64,000 nt of DNA from positions 479 to 64,478 of the forward strand of contig CAMBEJ010000009.1 of NCBI GenBank assembly GCA_945865375.1, given 5' to 3'. Source of the stretch: Akkermansia muciniphila. GTDB taxonomy: Bacteria > Verrucomicrobiota > Verrucomicrobiia > Limisphaerales > F1-80-MAGS106. A program made the translations under genes and the position numbers. This document shows positions 8,592 to 17,967 of the stretch, piece after piece. The first letter of the stretch is position 1, and each line of letters starts with the position of its first letter. The notes below the pieces were generated by a model. That model did no database searches. It had not been told where the DNA came from and saw only the letters and a program-made list of their open reading frames with translations.

Positions 8592-9848
8592 TCAGGTCTG
8601 CCATGGATGTGAGCCCTTCCTTGAGCCTCCTGCCTTGCCGGAGGCAATATTCGCCAATAACGCGGCGGCGCACGCTTCAGCGAACACAGGATCGTTGATG
8701 CCACAGTCGAATTCTTTGACCTCAATGCCCGGTCTCAACGCGGACTTCAGAGATTGAAACAAGGCATGGTCGGCTTCGGGATCGTAGAAGGGCTGGCCCG
8801 CCGCGCTGACAACGCTGATTCCCCGAAGTGGCAGCAGGACCGTCACGGGCCCGATCGACAAGTTGAGCTTCGACGCGATCACTCTTCCCAGTTCGGCGCA
8901 TTCGGAAGGGCTTGTCCGCATGAGCGTCACCTGAGGATTGTGGGCGTAGAACGTTCGGGCCTGGAACTTATCCGGGATTGTTTCTGGCCCCATGAAATTC
9001 ACCATGTCCAGACAGCCTGGAGCCACGATCGCGGGCACTCCGTTCCGAGCCGCCGATTCGAGCCGGGTGGGGCCGGCCGACAGAACCCCGCCCACAAGCT
9101 CATCAGCCCACTCCGTGGTGGTCACATCCAGCACGCCGGCCACCATGCCCGTTTCCACCAACGATTCCATCGTGCGCCCGCCAACGCCCGTTGCGTGGAA
9201 CACCAGAACCTCGTACCCGGCGGCCTCCAAGACCGCTCGTGCAACCTGGACACAATCCGTCGTGTTGCCAAACATGCTGGCGACAATCACCGGGTTGTCC
9301 GCTCCACACTCTGGCGCAGACCCAATCTCGACCATCCCACAGACAGCACCGGCCGCTCGTGTCAGGATCTCCCTCGAGATGCGATTCAAACCCGCCACAT
9401 CCACAATGCTTGGGAACATGACGATGTCCTTGGAGCCGACGTATTGAGCCGTGTTCCCACTGGCGAGGGTCGAGACCATCACCTTTGGGAAACCAATCGG
9501 GAGAGATCTCATGGCAGCCGTTCCGATCGCAGTGCCCCCGCCGCCCCCGAGCGAGATGATGCCGTCGATCCTGCCCTGCCGCAGGAGTTCCTGAACCACG
9601 ACCAGAGCTCCTGCAGCCATCACTTTGACGGCCTCTCCGCGGTCACGTCGGGCAACAATTTCAGAGAGCACGACGCCCGCTGCCGAGGCCACATCATCTC
9701 GTGAAATGTCCGGATCAAAGCGCGCGGGCTCCAGTATCCCAACGTCGATGACAAGCGTTCTGTGGCCGCGGCTTCGGATGAGGCCAGCGACGAACGCATG
9801 TTCATCGCCCTTGGTATCGAGCGTGCCTAGGACAGCAATTGTAGCCAT
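8592..9848 (-). CDS. UPF0261 / Tm-1-like ATP-binding protein
   Basis: MATIAVLGTLDTKGDEHAFV N-terminus and overall UPF0261 layout. Start set at the ATG at 9848, not the upstream ATG at 9908. Confidence 0.65.
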   Translation of the reverse strand: MATIAVLGTLDTKGDEHAFVAGLIRSRGHRTLVIDVGILEPARFDPDISRDDVASAAGVVLSEIVARRDRGEAVKVMAAGALVVVQELLRQGRIDGIISLGGGGGTAIGTAAMRSLPIGFPKVMVSTLASGNTAQYVGSKDIVMFPSIVDVAGLNRISREILTRAAGAVCGMVEIGSAPECGADNPVIVASMFGNTTDCVQVARAVLEAAGYEVLVFHATGVGGRTMESLVETGMVAGVLDVTTTEWADELVGGVLSAGPTRLESAARNGVPAIVAPGCLDMVNFMGPETIPDKFQARTFYAHNPQVTLMRTSPSECAELGRVIASKLNLSIGPVTVLLPLRGISVVSAAGQPFYDPEADHALFQSLKSALRPGIEVKEFDCGINDPVFAEACAAALLANIASGKAGGSRKGSHPWQT

Positions 9849-9971
9849 AAGGAAACGCCCATTAATCCACCAAACCCACCGGCCAGCAATATGTTTTGCC
9901 TGAGGCATGGCGGAGAAAGGGTCTTACGAATTGCGCTTGCGCGTCCAGGAGTTGTATGGAATGGCTGTAAG

Positions 9972-10226
9972 ATGACAAGCCATTCTACAGTTACTGTCAG
10001 CGAAGCTCAGGCGAATTTGCCCAAGTTGATCCGGCAGGACTGCTTTGCCATTGCCCGCCACGGCAAAGTGGTCGGCGTGTTCGTGTCCAAGGACCGGATG
10101 GAGGCGGTGGTCGAAAGCATCGAGTTGCTGGCGAAGCCGGATTTCAACAAGGCGTTGAAGGAACATAAGACCGGCAAAGCAAAGCTTTACAAGGTGGAGG
10201 AACTCGACGCCGAGATGTCCGCATGA
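9972..10226 (+). CDS. Type II antitoxin, Phd/YefM family
   Basis: MTSHSTVTVSEAQANLPKLIRQ...HGKVVGVFVS is a typical Phd/YefM N-terminus. It overlaps the downstream toxin by 4 bp (ATGA). Confidence 0.65.
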   Translation: MTSHSTVTVSEAQANLPKLIRQDCFAIARHGKVVGVFVSKDRMEAVVESIELLAKPDFNKALKEHKTGKAKLYKVEELDAEMSA

Positions 10227-10516
10227 AAGCCAAGGTGCTCGTCGGCCAACGGGTGAAGGATTTTCTGGAAACACTCGCTTCGGTGCCGCGCCGGAAGCTT
10301 TGGTGGGGTCTCAAGGGACTGGCCCGGGAGGAAGGCGACGTCAAACAACTGGAGGGGAAACTCGCGCCGTTTTGGCGATTGCGAGTGGATCGGTTGCGCG
10401 TCATTTACGAACCCAGATCGGAGGAGGGCCAGCGGCTGTTGGTTTGTTTCTTCGCGGATCAAAGGGCCACGGTCTATGCCGTGCTGGAGCAATTGCTCGC
10501 ATCAGGCTTGGATTAA
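10223..10516 (+). CDS. Type II toxin, RelE/ParE family
   Basis: 97 aa. LEGKLAPFWRLRVDRLRVIYEP...LLVCFFADQRATVY matches the RelE/ParE core (G.l...wRlRvGdyRviY....v..i..R..vY). Coupled to the antitoxin. Confidence 0.6.
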   Translation: MKAKVLVGQRVKDFLETLASVPRRKLWWGLKGLAREEGDVKQLEGKLAPFWRLRVDRLRVIYEPRSEEGQRLLVCFFADQRATVYAVLEQLLASGLD

Positions 10517-10530
10517 TCTCCTTGCCGCGT

Positions 10531-11571
10531 ATGAACAGCCGCCCTTTATCCCCTTCTCCTTCCCCTTGGTCCCGTGTGGACTGGCGGGCGCTGTCGGGTC
10601 TTCGGGCCCGGTTCCTCGATGAATCCGCAGGGATCTCAGACTATTGGTCACAGGAATCGGATCTCGATAGTTACGATCTCACGTTCGGTCAGCGTATCGC
10701 CTGGAAATGGATGCATGTCTTGGAAGAACTGGCGCTGATAGGTTGGGAGCCGCCTCCGATTCGCGTGCTGGATTGGGGCTGCGGCAGCGGGGTTGCGGGG
10801 CGCGTTTTCTCGGAGCGTTTTGCCGGAACCACATTTTCAACACTGTCGGTTTGGGATCGCTCCTCGCTGGCGATCCGGTTTGCGGAGCGGCGCGCGTCGG
10901 AGCGGTTCCCCGGCCTCCTGGTCGAGGCGGGAATCCCTCCCTCAGAACCATTCACTTTATTGCTGAGCCACGTGTTGACGGAGCTCGATGAGGTTCAAAC
11001 GGAGGAACTGGTGGCCCTTTCGAGGCGTGCCGAGGCCGTGGTGTGCGTCGAGCCTGGGACTTATGGCGCAAGCAGACGTTTGATCCACTTTCGGGAGGCG
11101 CTTCGAGGGGATTTCCAAGTGGTGGCCCCCTGCTGTCACCAAGCCGCGTGCCCGATGCTCGAAAAGAATAACGCGCCTCATTGGTGTCATCATTTTGCAT
11201 GGCCTCCAGCGGAGGTGTTTACGGACTCCGATTGGGCGAAGTTTGCCACATTCATGGGCATCGATCTGCGAAGTCTGCCAGTCAGCTTCCTCGTGTTGGA
11301 TCGACGCGACAACATCCAGAGATTAGGTGGCATGACTCGACTCATCGGTCGGGCGCGCCTCTACAAACCGCATGCCTTGATTTTGGGATGCGAAGCGCAA
11401 GGGTTGACCGAGCCGAGGGTGAGCAAGCGATTGCATCCGGAACTTTTCAAAAAGCTCAGAAAAAATGAAACTCCGCCTTGGGTGCGCTGGGTTCATGAGG
11501 ACGGTCAGATGAAGGAAATCCACGAAATCCTTGAGTCATCAATCCTGGCGATGAATCTGCATCCGGGGTAG
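10531..11571 (+). CDS. SAM-dependent methyltransferase, Rsm22-like
   Basis: VLDWGCGSGVAG motif I plus a C-terminal Cys/His cluster CCHQAACPM...HWCHHF, as in Rsm22-family proteins. Start set at the ATG at 10531, because the track ORF runs through the relE 3' end. Confidence 0.5.
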   Translation: MNSRPLSPSPSPWSRVDWRALSGLRARFLDESAGISDYWSQESDLDSYDLTFGQRIAWKWMHVLEELALIGWEPPPIRVLDWGCGSGVAGRVFSERFAGTTFSTLSVWDRSSLAIRFAERRASERFPGLLVEAGIPPSEPFTLLLSHVLTELDEVQTEELVALSRRAEAVVCVEPGTYGASRRLIHFREALRGDFQVVAPCCHQAACPMLEKNNAPHWCHHFAWPPAEVFTDSDWAKFATFMGIDLRSLPVSFLVLDRRDNIQRLGGMTRLIGRARLYKPHALILGCEAQGLTEPRVSKRLHPELFKKLRKNETPPWVRWVHEDGQMKEIHEILESSILAMNLHPG

Positions 11572-11723
11572 GGAATCAGGCGGAACAGGCTCATTTTTCT
11601 GAGGTCCGAATGTGGGATGTGAATCGTGCCCATGAACCGCTCGGAGGGTGCGCAAAAAGAAGGGTTGGCATTGTTGGCCCTGGATCTAAGCTGATGACAT
11701 TCACGCAGTCTTTGGAGTGCTTT

Positions 11724-14700
11724 ATGAAAATACGAATTCTATTCGGTCTTTTGCTGGTAATTGGCGGCACCCTGATGCATGCCGCAGACGGCCCGCTCAG
11801 GGTGTTCCTGCGCGCGGGGGCCAAGACCCATGGTCCGGGCCAGCACGATCACCCTCGTTTTCTCGGGGAATACACGAAGCTGCTTGGGGAGCGTGGCCTC
11901 AAGGTCGAAGGAGGGATGGACTTTCCGGGCGCCAGCCAGTTGGAAAACACGGATGTGTTGGTGGTGTTTGCGGCGGACGGGATGAAAATTGTGGGTGAGC
12001 AAAGGCTTCAATTCGAGAAATTCCTACGCCGGGGAGGCGGACTCGTGGTGATCCACGACGGCGTGGTGAGCGGCGACCAAAATGATTGGGCCAAGAAGGT
12101 TCAAGGAGGTTCGTGGGTTTGGGAGAACCGCCGCACCAAATGGTACGAGGGCGATGTGGGAGTGTATTTCGTGAACCCAAATCATCCCATCTCCAAGGGT
12201 GCCTCGAACTTCGACTGGAAGGACGAGATCTACTACGACCTCGACATGGCGCCCGACGTGACTGTTTTGGCGACGAGTTTCCACAGTGTTTTTGTGATAG
12301 CGCCCCAGATGTGGACTTACGAGAAAACGTGGGAAGGCGGGTCCACGCCCTACCGCGCGTTCGTCAGCTTGCCTGGCCACGAGCACACGTCCTTTCAAAC
12401 GCCGCATTATCGCGCTCTGCTGCTCCGCGGGATCGCCTGGGCGGGCAAACGTGCGGACGCGGATGAGTTTTGCAAACCCGATGAACTGGCTTCGTTGAAG
12501 TATCCTGATGGGGGCCCGATGAAGCCTGAGAATGCTGCATCCAAAATGGCGGTGCATCCCGAGTTCAACATTCAGTTGGTAACGGCGGAACCACTGGTCG
12601 AGAAAGTCATGTCTGTGGATTGGGATCCGGCGGGAAGGCTCTGGGTTGTGGAGACGCCAGAGTACCCCAACGGACGCACCCTCAACAAGAATGACAAACC
12701 GATCGCGCTTTGGAATGTCAACAACCTTGACGGGATCAAAGCCGGCGACAAGGAGGATAGGCCCGCGCGGGACCGCGTTTCCTGGCTGGAAGACACGGAT
12801 GGCGATGGGCGCATGGACAAGAAACATGTGTTTGTGGATGGGCTCGAGCTGGCCACCTCGTTCGTGTTCCACAAAGACGGGGTCATCATTGCCCAAGCCC
12901 CCGATATTCTCTGGGCTCGCGACACGGATGGCGACGGGAAGGCTGACAAGGTAATCAAGCTCTACACGGGCTTCGGAACGTTCGACACCCACGCCGTGAT
13001 GAACAACTTCCGGTGGGGCTTGGATGGCTGGGTCTACGGTGCGGTGGGTTACAGCGCGGGACAGCCCAAATCCGGGGATGGATCCCGGGATTTTGGCCGG
13101 ATCACCGCAGGCGTGTTCCGTTTCAAACCGGACGGATCGGCGGTCGAGCAATACGCGTCGGGCTCATGCAACACCTGGGGATTCGATTTCTCACCTGAAG
13201 GTGAAGCCTTTTATACCACTGCGACCTGTGGTGAACACCTGTTGCACATCGTGATGCCGGAAAAGGCCTTGGCCCGGGCGAGCGTGGGGGGCATTCGCGC
13301 CTCCGCAGTGATCCCGGATCATCAGAAAATCTTCCCCGCCGTGCATCATACCCGTCCCGCGTACGTGCAGATCGACTGGGTCGGCATGTTTACCGCCGCG
13401 GCCGGCTGTTGCATCTATAACGGCGGTGCCTGGCCTGAAAAGTTCAACGGCATGCAATTCCTTTCCGAGACCACCATGAGTTTGGTGCACAACGAAGTGT
13501 TGAAGCCCAGCGGGGTCACCTTCACGGCAACCAAGGAATCGGGCCGGGAGGAGACCGAATTCATCGCCGGTTCGGATCTCTGGTTTCGTCCCATTCATAG
13601 CCGAATCGGCCCTGACGGCGCCCTCTACGTGGTGGATTTTTATAACCAAGCCGCGATTCACAATGACACGCGCGGCCCGGCTCACGGCGCCCGCAATGCG
13701 GCCACGCGCCCGGATCGCGATCACCATTTCACCCGGGTTTGGAGGGTTCAACACAAGCAGGCCAAGGTTCTCGACACCAAACCGATGCCGATCAAAAACG
13801 CTTTGGCGCTCATGAGAATACTTGGATCCACGCCGAACGGCTGGGCCCGCGACACCGCCGCCAGGTTGCTCCGTGAATCCGGCTCGGATGTGACCGAGCT
13901 CGCCGATGTGGTGAAGGATTCCTCGAAGTCCGGACCTGCCAGAATCGCGGCCCTCTACACCATGGATGCGAGGGGCGACCTTGATAACGACCTCCTGCTC
14001 ACAGCGATCAAGGACAAGAATCCAGTCGTGCGCCGCAACGCTTTGAAGATCGCCTCGGAGCACGATAATTCTGAGATCACACCCGAAGTGGACGACGTCA
14101 GGGCCTTGCTCAACGATCCGGATGCGCGAGTAAGGTTGAACACATTGATCGCGCTGGCGACCTTCGCTTTGAACCCCGAGGTGGCGGCAGGGGTGGTTGC
14201 GGAGTGGCCCAAGATGCTGGATAAACATATCCAATCGGCGGCGCTCGGGGTGGCGGTCAAAGATCCTTTGATGTTCCTCCAGGCATCGTTTCAAGCGCCA
14301 GATCCCGCGTTCCTCGCGGATTTCGTGAGTCACGTGGCCCGTCTTGTGGCGAACAAAAGAGATGCGGACATGGCTGCTCGGATGGTGGTGTTGAGCGCCC
14401 GACAAGGAACAAAAACGGACGGCTTGAAACAGGCTGTCTTGGAGACTCTCGCCGCCTCCCTGCCTGCTGCGACGGTGCCCAGTTGGACTGCCGATCTGGA
14501 GGGAGCGTTTAAGATGTTGCTCCGTTCCGACCGGCCCGGCTTGCCCGGGGCAACGCTGCCGTTGATTGCTCGATGGGATTCCAAGGGCGCTCTTGCCGAG
14601 GACCTGAAACCCGCCGTCACCAGCTTGAACGCCAAACTGCAGGACCCAAGTCTGCCTGATGACCAACGTGCCCAAGTCGCCATCAACCTGCTCGGTGTGC

Positions 14701-16802
14701 ATCGCATCGATGCCGCGATCATCCCGACGGTGGGAAAGCTGCTGGCAGCGAGCGCGTCCCCGGCGCTCCAAAAGCGCGTGATCGAGGGCTTGGGCTCCAC
14801 CGGGACGGAAGCCGCCACCGCTGAGTTGATCCGGTCGTATGGGCAAGTGCCAAACGATCTGCGGGAGGTGGTGTTTGGACAGTTGATAAAGCGCGCTGAA
14901 TCGGCGATGGCGCTCTTGCAGTCCATGGCGGACAAGAATGTGGATGCGCTCCTGGTCGGGGCGTCCAACCTTCACAGGCTTCGGACCCATGGCGACAAGC
15001 GCGTTGCCGCTCGGGCGAACGAGGTGATCGATGCCTTGCGCGGGCCTGAGCAAAAACAGAAGGAAGAGCTCATCACCCTCTGGAAACCCCTTGTGGAAAA
15101 GGCCGGAGGCAATCTCGAGAACGGCCGGAAGCTCTACACCGCAAACTGCGCCGGGTGTCATATCTTTAAAAACGAAGGGCGCGATCTAGCCCCGAACCTC
15201 ACCGGAATGGGAGCTCACGGAGCGGCCGACCTCCTGGTCCATGTGGTGGATCCGAACAAGGTTGTGGAGCCGAACTTTGTGAGCACCACCGTGGAGACCA
15301 AGGATGATTTGACCTACGACGGCGTGATCGCGCGGGAGAACAACGCGGAAGTTGTTTTGCGCAATGCCACCGCCGACTTCACGATTCGAAAAGATAACAT
15401 CAAGAGCCGACGGAGCACCGGTCGATCCCTGATGCCAGAGGGTTTTGAGGCTCTGGGCGCCGAAGGGATGCGAGACTTGTTGGAGTATATTTGCGTGGAT
15501 GAAGCGGGTTTCCGAATCCTGGACATGACCTCAGTGTTTACAGCCAACACATCGAAGGGGATCTACGTCTCTGAGGAGTCGAAGGATGAGACCCTTCGGT
15601 TCAAGAAGTTTGGAACAATCAAGGTGGGCGATGTCCCGTTCGACATCATCAGTCCCGCGAAGAGTCCGACTGGTAATAATGTCCTCGTATTGCGCGGCGG
15701 ATCAGGTCTGGCGAAGAGCTTTGCTCAGACGGTGGACGTGAAGGCTGGTTTTGTAGCGACACGGCTCCATTTTCTTGGAGGGGTCGGCGGATGGGCCTGG
15801 CCTTATGGCGGGGAGGAATCAAAGGACAAACCCGTGGCCAAAGTGACGGTGCATTTCGCGGGCGGAACTTCGGAGGAAATGATTCTCAAGAACGGCGTTG
15901 AGGTTGCGGATTACATAGGGAAATTTGATGTGCCCGGCTCTAAGGAAGTGCCCGATCTCCTCGTGCGCGGACAGGTTCGGACCTTCAGCAAAGCCATCAA
16001 AGGACGCGCGGTGGTGGAGAGGATCACACTGGAAAGTTTCAACAACACGGTGGCGCCGACGTTCGTCGCCTTGACCTTGCAAATCGGCCAAGATCGGCCC
16101 GGATCCGATGCCCCGGCTGCGATCGTTGTGACGACTCCGCCAAAGTTCCAATCCCAAGGAAAGATTCGAAGTCTGCTGGTCGGCGGCGGAACCTCTCATG
16201 ATTTCGGTCGCTGGTTCAACCTGGCGGATGTGGCCACGCTGAATGCGACGGGCAAGGTGGAAGCGCTTTACACCGAGACGCTCGGATTCGTGCGACCCTT
16301 GTTGTCCTCAAGCGATGTGCTTATCTGGAGCAGCAACCAAAACATGGACGACAAGTCGTTGCGTGAAGGCATCGAGGCCTTCGCTGATTCAGGCAAGGGC
16401 CTCCTGCTTGTGCATCCCGGACTTTGGTATAGCTGGAAGGATTGGCCGGAATACAACCGAATTCTCGCGGGCGGCGGATCTCGAAGCCATGACAAATACG
16501 GTGAGTTCGAGGTCACTGTGACCGAGCCGGGGCATCCGATCATGACCGGTGTGCCCGCGAAATTCAGTCTCCGCGATGAATTATACCGGCAGGAAATCGA
16601 TCCCCAGGGGACCCCCGTCCAGGTTCTCGCGACCGGTTATGAAAAGGGGACGGGAAAAACCTGGCCGGTGATTTTTGTCGTGAAGCATCCTAAGGCACGG
16701 ATCGTGGGCATTACACTCGGCCACGATGGCATGTCCCACGATCATCCCGCCTACAAGCGCATCCTTTCAAACAGTGTGAGTTGGGCGTCCGAAAAGCGAT
16801 GA
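11724..16802 (+). CDS. Giant PVC-type heme-binding protein: ThuA-like, membrane-bound dehydrogenase beta-propeller, HEAT repeats, CxxCH cytochrome c, then a second ThuA-like domain
   Basis: Signal peptide MKIRILFGLLLVIGGTLMHA. N-terminal ThuA (LRVFLRAGAKTHGPGQHDH...VVIHDG). FNIQLVTAEPLVEKVMSVDWDPAGRLWVVETPEYPNG. HEAT-like PVVRRNALK/DARVRLNTLIAL. GRKLYTANCAGCHIFKNEG. C-terminal ThuA (IRSLLVGGGTSHDF...LLLVHPG...ITLGHDG). Confidence 0.75.
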   Translation: MKIRILFGLLLVIGGTLMHAADGPLRVFLRAGAKTHGPGQHDHPRFLGEYTKLLGERGLKVEGGMDFPGASQLENTDVLVVFAADGMKIVGEQRLQFEKFLRRGGGLVVIHDGVVSGDQNDWAKKVQGGSWVWENRRTKWYEGDVGVYFVNPNHPISKGASNFDWKDEIYYDLDMAPDVTVLATSFHSVFVIAPQMWTYEKTWEGGSTPYRAFVSLPGHEHTSFQTPHYRALLLRGIAWAGKRADADEFCKPDELASLKYPDGGPMKPENAASKMAVHPEFNIQLVTAEPLVEKVMSVDWDPAGRLWVVETPEYPNGRTLNKNDKPIALWNVNNLDGIKAGDKEDRPARDRVSWLEDTDGDGRMDKKHVFVDGLELATSFVFHKDGVIIAQAPDILWARDTDGDGKADKVIKLYTGFGTFDTHAVMNNFRWGLDGWVYGAVGYSAGQPKSGDGSRDFGRITAGVFRFKPDGSAVEQYASGSCNTWGFDFSPEGEAFYTTATCGEHLLHIVMPEKALARASVGGIRASAVIPDHQKIFPAVHHTRPAYVQIDWVGMFTAAAGCCIYNGGAWPEKFNGMQFLSETTMSLVHNEVLKPSGVTFTATKESGREETEFIAGSDLWFRPIHSRIGPDGALYVVDFYNQAAIHNDTRGPAHGARNAATRPDRDHHFTRVWRVQHKQAKVLDTKPMPIKNALALMRILGSTPNGWARDTAARLLRESGSDVTELADVVKDSSKSGPARIAALYTMDARGDLDNDLLLTAIKDKNPVVRRNALKIASEHDNSEITPEVDDVRALLNDPDARVRLNTLIALATFALNPEVAAGVVAEWPKMLDKHIQSAALGVAVKDPLMFLQASFQAPDPAFLADFVSHVARLVANKRDADMAARMVVLSARQGTKTDGLKQAVLETLAASLPAATVPSWTADLEGAFKMLLRSDRPGLPGATLPLIARWDSKGALAEDLKPAVTSLNAKLQDPSLPDDQRAQVAINLLGVHRIDAAIIPTVGKLLAASASPALQKRVIEGLGSTGTEAATAELIRSYGQVPNDLREVVFGQLIKRAESAMALLQSMADKNVDALLVGASNLHRLRTHGDKRVAARANEVIDALRGPEQKQKEELITLWKPLVEKAGGNLENGRKLYTANCAGCHIFKNEGRDLAPNLTGMGAHGAADLLVHVVDPNKVVEPNFVSTTVETKDDLTYDGVIARENNAEVVLRNATADFTIRKDNIKSRRSTGRSLMPEGFEALGAEGMRDLLEYICVDEAGFRILDMTSVFTANTSKGIYVSEESKDETLRFKKFGTIKVGDVPFDIISPAKSPTGNNVLVLRGGSGLAKSFAQTVDVKAGFVATRLHFLGGVGGWAWPYGGEESKDKPVAKVTVHFAGGTSEEMILKNGVEVADYIGKFDVPGSKEVPDLLVRGQVRTFSKAIKGRAVVERITLESFNNTVAPTFVALTLQIGQDRPGSDAPAAIVVTTPPKFQSQGKIRSLLVGGGTSHDFGRWFNLADVATLNATGKVEALYTETLGFVRPLLSSSDVLIWSSNQNMDDKSLREGIEAFADSGKGLLLVHPGLWYSWKDWPEYNRILAGGGSRSHDKYGEFEVTVTEPGHPIMTGVPAKFSLRDELYRQEIDPQGTPVQVLATGYEKGTGKTWPVIFVVKHPKARIVGITLGHDGMSHDHPAYKRILSNSVSWASEKR

Positions 16803-16840
16803 ATATTCGAAACGCGCGTTCCGTTGGCGCTCGGGGCGAG

Positions 16841-16988
16841 CCACCTCAATTCGTCCGTTTTTCCTAATCCTAATCTTCGAGTGTGATCTTTGAGAACAGC
16901 GATAGGGATTACGATTACGATTACGATTACGATTACGATTACGATTACGATTACGAGTAGGAGTAGGAGTAGGAGTAGGAGTAGGAGG
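16841..16988 (+). mobile_element. Degenerate, terminus-less copy B of the hexamer-arm element with expanded microsatellites
   Basis: gccacctcaattcgtccgtttttcctaatcctaatc matches the copy E/A subterminal block. This is followed by (attacg)x8 (16908-16955) and (agtagg)x5 (16956-16985). No ctcagtaaaac termini. Confidence 0.65.
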
Positions 16989-17083
16989 AAACGGGAGCAC
17001 GAAAAATCTGAGATGCGCCGCCAGGGCATCGCGCGGTTTCTTTGGAATTGACACTCTAAAACCGAAGCCTTACTCAGTATGGT

Positions 17084-17323
17084 ATGAAGATGACCATCCG
17101 CATAGACGAGGCACTCCTTGATTCTGTTAGGAAAGGCTATGGTTTTGAGAGCAAGACACAGGCGATCAACGCAGCGCTGCACGAAATGGATCGGCGCACC
17201 AAGTTGAGAGCCTTTGCGAAGACCGGCAAGGATTTCACAGCCGCTGAGCTCAAGGACGCCGTCGTGCCGGGCTACGACATTCTCGCAAGTCGTGGGATCA
17301 AGCTCAAGCGCCATGGCGGCTGA
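17084..17323 (+). CDS. vapB: Type II antitoxin, VapB-like (DUF2191/Arc-MetJ-like)
   Basis: MKMTIRIDEALLDSVRK...KTQAINAALHEM is a typical VapB/DUF2191 N-terminus. It overlaps the PIN gene by 11 bp. Confidence 0.55.
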   Translation: MKMTIRIDEALLDSVRKGYGFESKTQAINAALHEMDRRTKLRAFAKTGKDFTAAELKDAVVPGYDILASRGIKLKRHGG

Positions 17324-17723
17324 AGCAAGCACGGTGTTGGTGGACAGCAGCGTGTTTATCCATTTGCTGCGCCAAGGGATCGATCCGAACACAGAACTCA
17401 GCGCACGTGCCAAGCGGATGGACCTGGCTACCTGCGGCATGGTCCAAGTAGAAGTGCTCCGTGGAGTTCGGAACTCAAAGGTCGGCCAAAAGCTTCTCCG
17501 CTTCATGTCGGTGATGCTCTACGCTTCCACCGAATTCCGAACTTGGGATGCTGTAGCACGCCTGGCTTCTGAACTCGACCGCAAAGGAATTATCCTTCCC
17601 GCGCAGGACTTGATCATCGCCACCTGCGCACGACAGCTCGATGCTGCGGTTTTCACCCTCGACAATCATTTCCACCATGTCCCGGGCTTGCGTGTTATGA
17701 CGTCGCTGGACGAGTTGTGCTGA
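17313..17723 (+). CDS. vapC: PIN-domain ribonuclease toxin VapC
   Basis: VLVDSSVFIHLL (first acidic residue), MVQVEVLRG, ILPAQDLIIATCA, VFTLDNHF. PIN layout, ~136 aa. Confidence 0.65.
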   Translation: MAAEASTVLVDSSVFIHLLRQGIDPNTELSARAKRMDLATCGMVQVEVLRGVRNSKVGQKLLRFMSVMLYASTEFRTWDAVARLASELDRKGIILPAQDLIIATCARQLDAAVFTLDNHFHHVPGLRVMTSLDELC

Positions 17724-17967
17724 AGCATGGAACGAGCGCTTCGGAGGAGTCGCACTCGAAATCTGACACCGAGCTCTGGCGTTCATGCGCTGACGCCGCG
17801 TGGTCGCACGAGAGTCGCTGGATCGCCTTCACGAAGCCCGCGCCGCGCCTCGTTGGTAACCTCAGACTTCAGTAGAGGTCTGCCTCACTTCGCCGGCCAT
17901 AATGAGAATTGCTGGCGCCATCAAATACTGACTTGCGGTGGGAACGAAAGCTGGGTAAGGTGGAGAC

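Noticed and set aside
10300-10530. Upstream 77-codon extension of the Rsm22-like ORF overlapping relE
   Set aside because: The extension is out of frame with, and overlaps, the well-supported relE gene, and it translates to an Arg/Gly-rich sequence. The ATG at 10531 follows the relE stop.
13191-15161. Long antisense ORFs inside real genes, such as 13191-15161(-), 12024-13151(-), 21535-23319(-), 19677-20813(-), 3920-4870(-), 3056-3835(-), 8754-9704(+), 41251-41928(+), 44882-45535(+) and 60124-60801(+)
   Set aside because: These are shadow ORFs typical of GC-rich DNA. Their translations are Arg/Gly/His/Pro-rich with no recognisable motifs, while the opposite strand encodes proteins with clear family signatures.
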